Origin: Mobula hypostoma
Taxonomy: Eukaryota
DNA length: 64,000 nucleotides
Direction of reading: 5' to 3'
Assembly (NCBI RefSeq): GCF_963921235.1
Contig: NC_086097.1
Span: 201,626,001 to 201,690,000, forward strand
The translations under genes were made by a program, and so were the position numbers. Shown here in pieces: positions 13,090 to 24,168 of the stretch (position 1 is the stretch's first letter; each line of letters begins with the position of its first letter). The notes below the pieces were generated by a model. The model was not told where the DNA came from and did no database searches. It was given only the letters and a program-made list of their open reading frames with translations.

Positions 13090-15527
13090 CAGTGGTATGC
13101 AAAAGTTTGGGCACCCCTGGTCAAAATTTCTGTTACTGTGAATAGCTAAGTGAGTAAAAGATGAACAGATTTCCAAAAGGCATGAAGTTAAAGATGACAC
13201 ATTTCTTTAATATTTTAAGCAAGAAAACTTTTTTTATTTCCATCTTTTACAGTTTCAAAATAAGAAAAAAAGGAAAAGGGCCCGAAGCAAAAAGTTCTAT
13301 TTTAACTTCATCAGTCCATAGGACTTGTTTCCAAAATGCACCAGACATTAGATGTTCTTTGAACCTTTTGAATAGAACTTTTTGGCTGCAATGAGCAAAG
13401 GTATGTTTGGAGAAAAAAAGGTGCAGAATTTCATGAAAGGAACCTCTCTCCAACTGTTAAGCACGAGGATGGATCGATCATGCTTTGGGCTTATGTTGCA
13501 GCCAGTGGCACAGGGAACATTTATTGGTAGAGGGAAGAATTAATTCAATTAAGTAGCAGCAAATTCTGGAAGCAAACATCACACTGTCTGTAAAAAAGCC
13601 GAAGATGAAAAGAGGATGGCTTCTACAATAGGATAATGATAATCCTGACATTGGTGGTGGGGAAAATGCTAGAGTAAATTATCAAAGATGTGATAATAGC
13701 ACATTTGGAAAGCGGTGAAATCATCAGACAAAGTCAGTGTGGATTTGTGAAAGGAAAATCGTGTCCAACAAATCTTATAGAATTTTTTGAGGACATAACT
13801 AGTAGAGTGGATGGGGGAGAACCAGTGGATGTGGTATATTTGGATTTTCGAAAGGCTTTTGACAAGGTCCCACACAGGAGATTAGTGTGCAAACTTAAAG
13901 CACACGGTATTGGGGATGTGGTATTGATGTGGATAGAGAATTGGTTGGCAGACAGGAAGCAAAGAGTGGGAATAAACGGGATCTTTGCAGAATGGCAGGC
14001 AGTGACTAGTGGGGTACCGCAAGGCTCAGTGCTGGGACCCCAGTTATTTACAATATATATTAATGATTTAGACAAGGGAATTAAATGCAGCATCTCCAAG
14101 TTTGCGGATGACACGAAGCTGGGCGGCAGTGTTAGCTGTGAGGAGGATGCTAAGAGGATGCAGGGTGACTTGGATAGGTTAGATGAGTGGGCAGATTCAT
14201 GTCAGATGCAATTTAATGTGGATAAATGTGAGGTTATCCACTTTAGTGGCAAGAACAGGAAAACAGATTATTATCTGAATGGTGGCCGATTAGGAAAAGG
14301 GGAGGTGCAATGAGACCTGGATGTCATTATACACCAGTCATTGAAAGTGGGCATGCAGGTACAGCAGGCAGTGAAAAAGGCAAATGGTATGTTGGCATTC
14401 ATAGCAAGAGGATTCGAGTACAGAAGCAGGGAGGTTCTACTGCAGTTGTACAAGGCCTTGGTGAGACCACATCTGGAGTATTGTGTACAGTTTTGGTCCC
14501 CTAATCTGAGGAAAGACATTCTTGCCATGGAGGAAGTACAAAGAAGGTTCACCAGATTGATTCCTGGGATGGCAGGACTTTCATATGAAGAAAGACTGGA
14601 TCGACTAGGCTTATACTCGTTGGAATTTAGAAGATTGAAGGGGAATCTTATTGAAACGTATAAAATTCTAAAGGGATTGGACAGGCTAGACGTAGGAAGA
14701 TTGTTCCCAATGTTGGGGAAGTCCAGACCAAGGGGTCACAGTTTAAGGATAAAGGGGAAGCCTTTTAGGACCGAGATGAGGAAAAACTTCTTCACACAGA
14801 GAGTGGTAAATCTGTGGAATTCTCTGCCACAGGAAGCAGTTGAGGCCAATTCATTGGCTATATTTAAGAGGGAGTTAGATATGGCCCTTGTGACTAAAGG
14901 GATCAGGGGGTATGGAGAGAAAGCAGGTACAGGGTTCTGAGTTGGATGATCAGCCATGATCATACTGAATGGCGGTGCAGGCTCGAAGGGACGAATGACC
15001 TACTCCTGCACCTCTTTTCTATGTTTCTATGATCCTAAACACACTTCAAAATCCACAATGGACTACCACAAGCTGAAGGTTTTGCCATGGCCCTCACAGT
15101 CCCCTGACCTAAACATCATCGAGAATATGTGTATAGACCTCAAAAGAGCAGTGCATGCAAGACGGCTCAAGAATCTCACAGAACTAGAAGCCTTTTGCAA
15201 GGAAAAATGGGTGAAAATACCCTAGACAAGAATTGAAAGACTCTTAGCTGGCTACAAAAAGCGTTTACAAGCTGTGATGCTTGCCAAAGGGGGTGTTACT
15301 AAGTACTGCCATGCAGGGTGCCCAAACTTTTGCTTCGGGCCCTTTTCCTTTTTTGTTCTTTTGAAACTGCAAAAGATGGAAGTAAAAAAGTTTTTTTGCT
15401 TAAAATATTAAAGAAATCTGTATCTTTAACTTTATGCCTTTTGGAAATCAGTTCATCTTTTACTCGCTTAGCTATTCACAGTAACAGAAATTTTGACCAA
15501 GGGTGCCCAAACTTTTGCATGCCACTG
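13090..15527 (+). mobile_element. Tc1/mariner IR/DR-type DNA transposon, internally deleted and interrupted by CR1
   Basis: TA flanks at 13088-89 and 15528-29. Inverted repeats of about 210 bp start CAGTGGTATGCAAAAGTTTGGGCACCC. Transposase remnants are WTDE, DNDPKH and WPSQSPDLNIIE. Confidence 0.93.
13645..15031 (+). mobile_element. Young 5'-truncated CR1 LINE (RT and C-terminus)
   Basis: ORFs 13690-14313 and 14341-14940 (YLDFRKAFDKVPH, GVPQGSVLGP, KFADD, LVRPHLEYC) are in the same frame, separated by one TGA. Tail (ttctatgt)n. Confidence 0.95.
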
Positions 15528-15807
15528 TATGTACTTTGATAGTAAAATTTACTTTGAACCAGGAACTTGAGATACGTACCAGCTGCTTGTATGACCATCC
15601 GCCACCTGCTCACATGGCTTCACGTGACCCTGATGGTGGGGGGCGGGGGGGTGCGTGCTAAGTAGGTGCTACACCTTGCCCAAGTGTGACCTGCAGGCTA
15701 GCGAAGGAAAGGAGTGCCTTACACCTCATTTGCTTTAGACAAATCTCCACACCTTCACCCAAATCAAATAGAATACAATGTGCATTGAATCACATTAGTG
15801 ATGCTGA

Positions 15808-15942
15808 CGCAAACACGAGAAAATCTGCAGATGTTGGAAATTCAAGCAACACACACAAAATGCTGGTGGAACGCAGCAAGCCAGGCAGCATCTATAGAAA
15901 GAAGTACAGTCAACATTTTGGGTCGAGACCCTTCATCAGGAA
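15808..15942 (-). repeat. Penelope terminal-repeat fragment with decayed hammerhead
   Basis: The minus strand reads cctgatgaagggtctcgacccaaaatgttgactg, with the GAAA box mutated. Confidence 0.8.
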
Positions 15943-17161
15943 AGACGTAAAGCTTAAATGGTACAAATGTAAAATGAACTGGCTGATATTTCAATTTTTG
16001 CCTTCATCCCATGCCCAAGACTCAGTCGATATTTTATATTTTTTGTGAACTATTAATGGGTTACTTATAATTTGCACTTCCTACGTTCTGGGTTTCAAGG
16101 CTGTAAGAATTACACAGTCTAATTAGCTATTTGCCAGTTTGATGATTTCAGTTTTCTTGAAAGCCACAGACTCCTAACTGATCCCAACCACTAATAAGGA
16201 AAATTTTGAGAGAGAGAAGGAGAAGCAGGCCACAGCCTAAACGTCAGTTATTGCATTCAGTGGTTCCTTCTGAACCTCCCACCATGAGTTAGTCAAGTAA
16301 TAACCTTGCCTCTTTCAGCTTCTTCATCTTCCTAGCTGTCCTATTTCTCTTCATGCTTACGGCAAAACCAGAGCAGCTTTTGATTTTTGGTTTGATTCTG
16401 GATTGCAGTTGGGTTCATTAATGTCACTGGACCCCAAATTATTTCTTTAATGAAATATTTTAATGCTAGTCTAGATGTCTGCAAAAAATTTAATCAGACT
16501 CTTTTTCCCTGATATGTGCCTACTGCTTAAGAGATGTAGGAAACTCATGGCATTTCAAAGGGATAGTTGTAATAACTCATCAAAAAGCATTATCAGCCAG
16601 TGCTGGTCTTGTTTGTTCCACAAAGTAACGTCTGTTTGGTGGTGCACAGTTAAAGAAAGTGACTGTCTGGTATTGTTAAGACCCGCAACATCTTCCTAGG
16701 ATTCCTAAATATGTTTTCCATTTTGTTTAATTTTCATTTCTGTTCATCAACTGTAAGAAAAAAGAAAACTTTCTTTTGCAGTTTTATTTGCTAGAAGCTT
16801 AGAATTTTGCACCCAATCTGCAATCTTCCCTCTCTCCCTCTCTATTTCATCAGTTTACTAAGTGATGCAAATAAGAATAATCCCCATGGTTTCCTCTTTT
16901 CCCACTTATGGTCAGCTTTGCATGGATTCTTCAGGGACGTTCTTATTGTATTTTAGGATGATTTTCAGAATCATTCCAACCTCCCAGAACAACATGGAGG
17001 ATAGCAGGAGAACTTCTCAAAAGGATATTTGTCTTTCTTTGAGGTGATTAAATTAGGGTTACTATTGTATTGCACCATGCGTCCATGTATACTGCTGGTG
17101 ATCTTTATCATGTAGATACAGGTAGCCATTTGGAATGACATTATTGTATATCTTTACACAG

Positions 17162-17325
17162 GACAGCTTAAACGGACAAGAGGAGAGGAAATTGATGTTG
17201 AAACTCCAGGTTCTATTCTGGTGAATACTAATTTGCGAGCTTTAATAAACAAGCATACGTTTGCCTCTTTACCACATCATTTTCAACAGCAGCTCCTGAT
17301 TTTGCTACCAGAGGTAGATCGACAG
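17162..17325 (+). CDS. ASXL3: Internal coding exon (164 bp) of an ASXL-family polycomb gene, ASXH/DEUBAD N-terminal part
   Basis: Acceptor tctttacacag ends at 17161 and donor gtaagc starts at 17326. Translates (G)[54 protein letters not shown], the conserved ASXL ASXH motif. [10 protein letters not shown] is most like ASXL3 as I recall the paralogues. Confidence 0.93.
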
Positions 17326-17639
17326 GTAAGCAGAGCATAAATTACTTTATATGTTGTGTTAGCTGTATATTGAATCTCTTAAAGCAGGAGAGAAAACAAC
17401 TATTAAATTGCATTTTGCTTGGTGGTGGAAAATCTATTATGCAAAAAGAAAATCATCGTTATTTGATTAAAAAGTAACTCAGTCAGCACTCAAACCTTGG
17501 GATACTACATTTACAGCTATTTATGTTTTAATTTTCAGTGTTATTTTATATTCTACAAATTAATTAACAGTGCAAAACTGTACTTTTTTCAAACAGTATC
17601 ACTTGTATCATTTGTATTCCAATTTCTGCAATATGGGAT

Positions 17640-17935
17640 GCCACAGTACAGCATTTAGCGTGATGTTGTTATAGTTCAGGGTGTTCCAGAGTTTGGAGTT
17701 CAATTCTGGCCCCATCTGTGAAGAGTTTGTACATTCTCCTTGTGATTCATGTGGGTTTCCTCCAGGAGCTGCGGTTTCCTCCCACAGTCAAAAGACACAC
17801 CAGTTAGTAGGTTAATTGGTCATTGTAAATTATCCTGTGATTGGGCTAGTGTTAAATTGGTGGGTTCCTGGTTGGTGTTGCTCATTGGGCCAGAAGGGCT
17901 TGTTCCATGTTGTATCTCCAAATAAATAAATAAAT
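17640..17935 (+). mobile_element. V-SINE/HE1-like SINE
   Basis: V-domain-like gtgggtttcctccagg..ggtttcctcccacagtc.aaagac and a (aaat)n tail. Confidence 0.7.
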
Positions 17936-18249
17936 ATGAACAAAATAAGTAACTCTCAGTTCTAATGTAATCTATCTTACATATTTCATTTATTTTAAGT
18001 ACCTTTCACTGCATGCCCAGCAGCTGTAGTGAAGCAACACAAGACAAATTGTGCATCATTCTGCACTATCTCTAAATAAAAAAAATAAATAATTCATAGT
18101 GACAGAATTTCAGACTGTTTCCAAGGTCCTTCAATTTAGAAGGAAGTAACACTCAAAAGCAAAGTATATGAAATTAGAGCTGCAATATTGTCAAGATTTC
18201 CATGACTTCAAATTTCCATGATTTTCCATCATTCCATAGAGCTGTACAA

Positions 18250-19008
18250 CAGGGGTCCCCAAACTTTTTTGCACCGCGGACCGGTTTAATATTGACAATA
18301 TTCTTGCGGACCGGCCGACCGGGAGGGGGGTGGGGAGAGTGTTCAAGTAAGGTTGCCAACTTTCTCACTCTCAAATAAGGGACAAAAGTAGCAGTCAAAT
18401 ACGGGACACTTGTGCTTACCCGGAGAAAGACTACCATGACCATGAACCTTGCACGGGAACCTGTGTGCGCATGCGTGTAGGTGCCGATTTTTTTTCTACA
18501 AGTCAGTTTTGGCTTAATCTTCCCAATTCTGTTAAGTGAAACTATACTGTACATACGTTATTTCTGCTTCATATAGGCTGTGTATTTATCATATCATTTC
18601 TGCTTTTAGTATATGTTAGTGTTATTTTAGGTTTTATGTGTTACTTGGTATGATTTGGTAGGTTACTTCAAGGTCAACAGGGAATGAGGAAAAATGCAGC
18701 TGACTCATCATGTCAAGGCCAGGCAGCATCTCTAGGAAGAGGTACAGTTGACGTTTCGGGCCGAGACCCTTCGTCAGAACTAACGAAGTTAGTCCAGTTA
18801 GTCCTGACGAAGAGTCTCGGCTGGAAACGTCAACTGTACCTCTTCCTAGAGATGCTGCCTGGCCTGCTGCGTTCACCAGCAACTTTGATGTGTGTTGCTT
18901 GAAATTCCAGCATCTGCAGATTTCCTCGTGTTTGCGTTTTTAAATTCATATCGTTTCATATCGCCAAATCATATCGTTTCCTCGCAGCCCGGTGGTTGGG
19001 GTCCACTG
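18250..19008. mobile_element. Non-autonomous hAT (Charlie-like) element carrying a Penelope-derived fold-back
   Basis: TIRs caggggtccccaa and ttggggtccactg. 8-bp TSD ctgtacaa at 18242-18249 and 19009-19016. Confidence 0.85.
18745..18782 (-). ncRNA. Minimal type-I hammerhead ribozyme motif, intact core
   Basis: The minus strand reads tAGTT-CTGACGA-aGGGtctcggCCC-GAAA-cg-TC-AACTg. Helix I (AGUU/AACU), helix II and both catalytic boxes are present. Confidence 0.75.
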
Positions 19009-19019
19009 CTGTACAACGT

Positions 19020-19560
19020 CAAACAAGAAAAAAATCTACAGATGCTGGAAATCCAAGCAACACACACAGAATACTAGAGGAACTCAGCAGGCCAGGCAGT
19101 ATCTATGGAAAAGAGTACAGTCGACATTTCGGGTCGAGACTCTTTAAAGGCATCCGTTAGTCTTGCTAGACCATGGATCTGCGCCTGGAAAGTCTTCACT
19201 CTCCAGGGCACAGGCCTGGGCAAGGTTGTATGGAAGACCAGTAGTTGCCCATGCTGCAAGTCTCCCCTCTCCACGACACCAATGTTGTTCAAGGGAAGGG
19301 CATTAGGACCCATACAGCTTGGCACCAGTGTCATCGCAGAACAATGTGTGATTAAGTGACTTGCTCAAGGGCACAACACGTTCCCTTGGCTAGGGCTCAA
19401 ACTCACGACCTTCCGGTAGCTAGTCCAATGCCTTAATCACTTGGCCACATGCCCACTCTTTAACAGGATGGTCTTCTGCCTGAAGGTCTTGGCCTGAAAC
19501 GTCGACTGTACTCTTTTCCAGAGATACTGCCTGGCCTGCTGAATTCCTCTAGCATTTTGG
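19020..19560. repeat. Fold-back Penelope terminal repeat interrupted by a tRNA-SINE
   Basis: The left arm (about 19070-19140) is the reverse complement of the right arm (about 19485-19560). Confidence 0.8.
19148..19454 (-). mobile_element. tRNA-derived SINE (same family as 56372-56685)
   Basis: TSD actctttaa at 19139-19147 and 19455-19463. A-box- and B-box-like head. Highly similar to the + copy. Confidence 0.88.
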
Positions 19561-19667
19561 GTTGAGCTGTACCACGTGGAAGGATGATCACTGGCCCACC
19601 GTATCTGCTTCAGCCACAAAGTGGTTATCCATTATTACCCTTTCTTCAGCACTTGGTCTGTAACCTT

Positions 19668-20484
19668 TGTTACGTACCCCGTAACTGGGTTGCCAAACCA
19701 GCAGAAATGGATCACTCAGTTGGAGTCTGGAGTACTAGAACTAAGAAAGTTTTATTAAAGAAACAAGCAACACAGTAATCGAAAGGATAATAAATGCAAC
19801 AGTTCAGTGATGATAAACACATGTGCACAGAATTAAGATAACAGCATCAATCAAGCTCTATCGTTGTCTAGGGGTTAAATGACCAATTTCAAAATGACTC
19901 AAAGTTCAGTCCAGTTTGTAGTTCAGTTCGCAGTAATCGTTGTCATGGCGATGGACAAGGTGGGGAAGAGAGACATAGAATAGGAACAACTCATCATTCA
20001 GCACAGCTTCACTCACAGACCAGCGAGATGGCTCACAAACAGCATTTGGGCGGGTCCTTGGTGATGTCACCTGAGGTCACCGACTGTGACCCCTCCTCCA
20101 GATGCGGTCGATCCTCTGCAGTGAACCCGGCACCCAGGCAAGGGCGGACACACACCGGGTTCCCGCTGATCGTACCTTTCCACCCTTGTCGTTGTCTGGG
20201 ACTTCTCACCCACTCGTGAGAAGCGCACCGCTTCCAGGGTCTCGTTACCTCGGGTGGCGTGTGTGTCTGTCTTAGCGAACCTGTCCCTTTTTATCCCCCT
20301 GCTGGGGTATCGCCTGTCCATCACTTCAAACAGTTCAGGGTTCAAAGGGGGGAGCCGCTCCAGACGCTGCTCCATTGTTCCTTATCTCTCCTTCCCCTGA
20401 GGGCAGGTGGCAGACCAACTGCTGATGCCACTGATGCTAGCCCAGGCCAGCAAACATCTTAATTTTATGTGTATTCTCGTAACA
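19668..20484 (-). mobile_element. Solo LTR (817 bp, 4-bp TSD; Gypsy/ERV-like)
   Basis: Inverted termini TGTTACG...CGTAACA. TSD cctt at 19664-67 and 20485-88. On the minus strand there is a TATA-like gggataaaaggg near 20290 and AATAAA near 19755. Confidence 0.88.
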
Positions 20485-22271
20485 CCTTCAATACCTTGGT
20501 ATTTCAAATGCTCATCCAACACATTTAAATATAGTGAGAAAATAAATCTCAGGGTTGTATATGGTGACATATATGTACTTTGATAATAAATTGACTTGGA
20601 ATTTTGAACTTTGGAGTACATGCCTCCATCATACCAGATTTCAACCACTATCTGCGTGAAAAAAATCCTTAAATCCCTTAAAAAATCTCCCACCCTGTAT
20701 CATAAGTCTATGCTCCATAATAATGGACATCTCTGCATAAAAGGAGAGGTTTTTTTTACTATTTACCCTATCTCTGACCCTCATAGATTCGTATCTCTGA
20801 ATCAGCTGATCTCTCAGCTCTCTCTCTCTGAAAGAAAACAATTACAAACCATTACATCTCTCCTCACAGCTCAAACTCTCCTTCTCAGGCAATATATTGG
20901 TGAATTTACTCTCCACCTTCTTCAATGCAATCCTATTTTTCTTATATTTCTTACCAATTTCCAGTTTAATTCTAATGCAAAGACAGAAAATGTTATAGAT
21001 ATTCAACAGATCATGCAGCATTTATGGAGGGAGAAACAGAATTAAATTTTCACGTTAATTACCTTAAATCTGTGTTGTTTTTTGTTCTTATCAGATTTTC
21101 AGCAATTTTTGCTTTTCAATTCCTATTATAATGGAAAGCTTGCATTTTTATTTAACGTGGTAAAACAAATTTCACTACATAATTATGGTAATTATTACAA
21201 AATATACATAACACTTACATGTATCAAAACAGCTAAATATATTTTTAATTTGGAAAAATCCAGCAATGTACTGTATGTTATTCACCAATGTAGCTGTCAC
21301 TGTATGAGACTAAAAAAGAAATATATGCTTCTTTGGTAGCATTAAGCACACTTATAATTGTGCAGTATTTTTCCTTTAATCTAATTCCAATAACTTCATT
21401 GAAAACAAATTTAGGAAGAGTAATATGTGCAATCATCATCAGTACCTCTCCTGACTAATGTTGAATTTCTGAGTGGCATTTTTATTGTTAGATTGGCCTG
21501 TGTACCTGATAATTCATGCGTACTCTCAATTGAGTTAATCTTGTGACTTCCTCTAACATATTGTTGGAATTAGAATCCAGCAAAACATTAAATATAAAAC
21601 AACTTACATGATTGATTTAATTTCCTGATGGAATTGTTGCAGGAGGGACTCATGTCTTCAGTTTTCAAATTCTTTTCTTTGTAATCAAATTCCCTACATA
21701 CCCTACCCTTTCCCTCTCTCTGTAACCTCTCCCAGCTCTAAAAATATCAGCAATATCTGTGTTATTCTAATTCTGTGCTCCTGAGCAATCTTAATTTTAA
21801 TCCAGTAACATGATAAATCATTGGCCTGAAACATTAACTCTGTTTGTCTCCCAAAGGTTACCGATTGACTTGCTGTTATTTCTAGTATTTTCTATTTTCA
21901 TTTCTAATTTTAATAGTTCCTCCTTTGGAGCCTTGTCTTCAACTGACAGGGCCGTCTCCTTTCTGTCTCATAATTCCCCTTTCCTTAAAGACAATATTTT
22001 AAATTCAGACTGCAACCATTAATGTGCATACATCTGAAAAGCTGTATGTATGCTTTACCTACTGGTCAGAACTGATACTTCAGTGAGAATGTGCTCTTGA
22101 TGGTTTTACTCAAAAATAGTATTTTAAAAGTAGGCAAAGCATTCAGACACTTAACAGTCTCTTTCAAATAAGAACATTTCTTTGGAGGCTGTATTATTTT
22201 ACTTTGTCACCTCCATACAAATATTTGATCTAGGTTCCAAACTGGAGGTAAATTCTCAGAAAACCATTATT

Positions 22272-22930
22272 AGATTAGATTAGATTATGAGGACACTCAG
22301 TCCTCGTTTATTGTCATTTAGAAATGATACGATGTTCCATCGGTATGATATTACAGAAACACAAGACAAACCAAGACTAAAACTGACAAAAACAACATAA
22401 TTATAACATATAGTTACAACAGTGCAAAGCAATACCATAATTTGATAAGAGCAGACCGTGGGCACGGTAAAAAAAAATGTCTCAAAATCCCGATAGCCCC
22501 AACATCTCACGCAGATGGTAGAAGGGAGAAACTCTCCCTGCCATGAGCTTCCAGCGCCGCAAACTTGCCGATGCAGCATCCTGGAAGCACCCAACCACAG
22601 TCTGACTCTGAGTCTGTCCGAAAACTTCGAGCCTCCGACCAGCCCTCTGACACCGAGCACCAAGCACCATCTCTGCCGAGTGCTTCGACCCCGGCCCCGG
22701 CCACCAAGCAACAGGTCAAAGCCAAGGATTCGGGGCCTTCCCCTCCGGAGATTTCGGATCACACAATAGCAGCGGCAGCGAAACAGGCATTTTAGAAGTT
22801 TCTCCAGATGTTCCTCCGTGCTCTCACGTCTGCCTCCATCAAATCAGAATTGTGCACGGCATCCTACTTGACAGATAACAGGTATTCATCACCGGAGAGG
22901 CCACGCACGCTTGTCGCGCCACCGCCTTCT
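22272..22930 (-). mobile_element. Non-autonomous retroposon with (TCTAA)n tail and 3' stem-loop
   Basis: TSD ccattatt at 22264-71 and 22931-38. Stem gaggac/gtcctc lies next to the (ttaga)n repeat. A second copy is at 54564-55244. Confidence 0.8.
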
Positions 22931-23222
22931 CCATTATTGGTATTTCTTCTGATTTTACTGTAAGCAAATTTGTCAGCATTCAAGTCATTAAAATTTATTG
23001 TGGACTCTGCTCAAACAGTGAAATAGTGAACTTGGTGTTCAGTGATATATTGTTCCATCCCAGGGGATACTGTTGAAGTTCCTGCATAAATCACTGAATT
23101 GATGAAAACCAGCTTTTTATGCACTCTCCTTACTTTAACAATCCTCAAAGTGTGGGATAAACGAATTAGCAATGTCTTGTTAAGTTATAGTTGCTGTTAT
23201 GAAACTATAATTATTTATAAGC

Positions 23223-23799
23223 AACACACCAGCAGCAGGCCAGACAGCATCTATAGGAAGAAGTACAGTCAACTTTTCGGGTCGAGACCCTTCGTCAGGA
23301 CCCACGAAGGGTCTCGGCCTGAAACGTTGACTAGAGATTAAGGGAGCTAGGGCTTTACTCTCTGGAGAGAAGGAGGATGAGAGGAGACATGATAGAGATG
23401 TACAAGATAATAAGAGGAATAGATAGATTGGATAGCCAGCACCTCTTCCTCAGGGCACCACTGCTCAATACAAGAGGACATGGCTTTAAGGTAAGGGGTG
23501 GGAAGTTCAAGGGGGATATTAGAGGAAGGTTTTTTACTCAGAGAGTGGTTGGTGCATGGAATGCACTGCCTGAGTCAGTGGTGGAGGCAGATACACTTGT
23601 GAAGTTTAAGAGACTACTAGCCAGGTATACGGAGGAACTTAAGGTGGGGGCTTATATGGGAGGCAGGGTTTGAGGGTCGGCACACCATTGTGGGCCGAAG
23701 GGCCTGTACTGTGCTGTACTTTTCTATGTTCTATGTTCCACCAGCATTTTGTGTGCGTTGCTTGAATTTCCAGCATCAGCAGATTTTCTCGTGTTTGCG
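23223..23799. repeat. Fold-back Penelope terminal repeat with a CR1 3' fragment in the right arm
   Basis: Inverted arms gagacccttcgt and acgaagggtctc. Flanking near-TSD ttatttataagc / ttattaataagc. Confidence 0.75.
23333..23738 (+). mobile_element. CR1 LINE 3' fragment
   Basis: ORF 23377-23673 RGDMIEMYKII..FFTQRVVGAWNALP and tail (ttctatg)n. Confidence 0.9.
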
Positions 23800-24168
23800 T
23801 TATTAATAAGCCTTCTGAATCAATATTTAAATACTTTACAAATTTATTTTTCTAATTTACTTTATTCAGATCAACAAAAATGTCCATTTTAACATAATTT
23901 TATGTAAATATTTATCATTTCATCCATTAAATACCAAAAAATGTAATTAATAATTAGACACTTTTACTCAGTGGTTGTTAATAATACCTTTGTTATGAAC
24001 TGCAGTCTGCTTGATATCACAACAGGGCAGACACCTGCTGCATCTGATGCTTGACAGCACCTTGCATTATCAAAGACGAAACCTATGCCATGATTACTAC
24101 TAGATCTTGGTTGGCAGCTTTCATTGAACTCTGCAGTGAAGGCTACAATAAGTAGGAAATCTAAGCCA

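Larger units (their letters stand above)
12765..15556 (+). mobile_element. Rex1-type 3' UTR fragment interrupted by Tc1
   Basis: ctcagggttgtatatggtgacata[TA-Tc1-TA]tgtactttgat matches the uninterrupted tail at 20548-20590. Confidence 0.75.
12600..15760 (-). mobile_element. RTE-related non-autonomous element, split into 12600-12764 and 15557-15760 by nested insertions
   Basis: The left part has a (cat)n tail and an RTE/BovB-like tail motif (ctacagaagcagtttgcc). The right part has an RTE-like 5' region. Joining the halves at ggtcacata|aaccagg is my inference from family resemblance. Confidence 0.5.

Noticed and set aside
15650..15760. Possible HDV-like ribozyme at the RTE-like 5' end
   Set aside because: I could not fit P3/L3/P1.1. 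The candidate loop is too short and the copy is degenerate.
17116..17121. Possible 6-nt microexon (tgtag|ATACAG|gtagcc)
   Set aside because: It would leave only a 40-nt intron before the main acceptor, too short for a typical vertebrate intron.
22280..22795. Overlapping 60-160-aa ORFs, also at 54732-55329
   Set aside because: Frames are not conserved between the two copies. They are GC-rich repeat ORFs.
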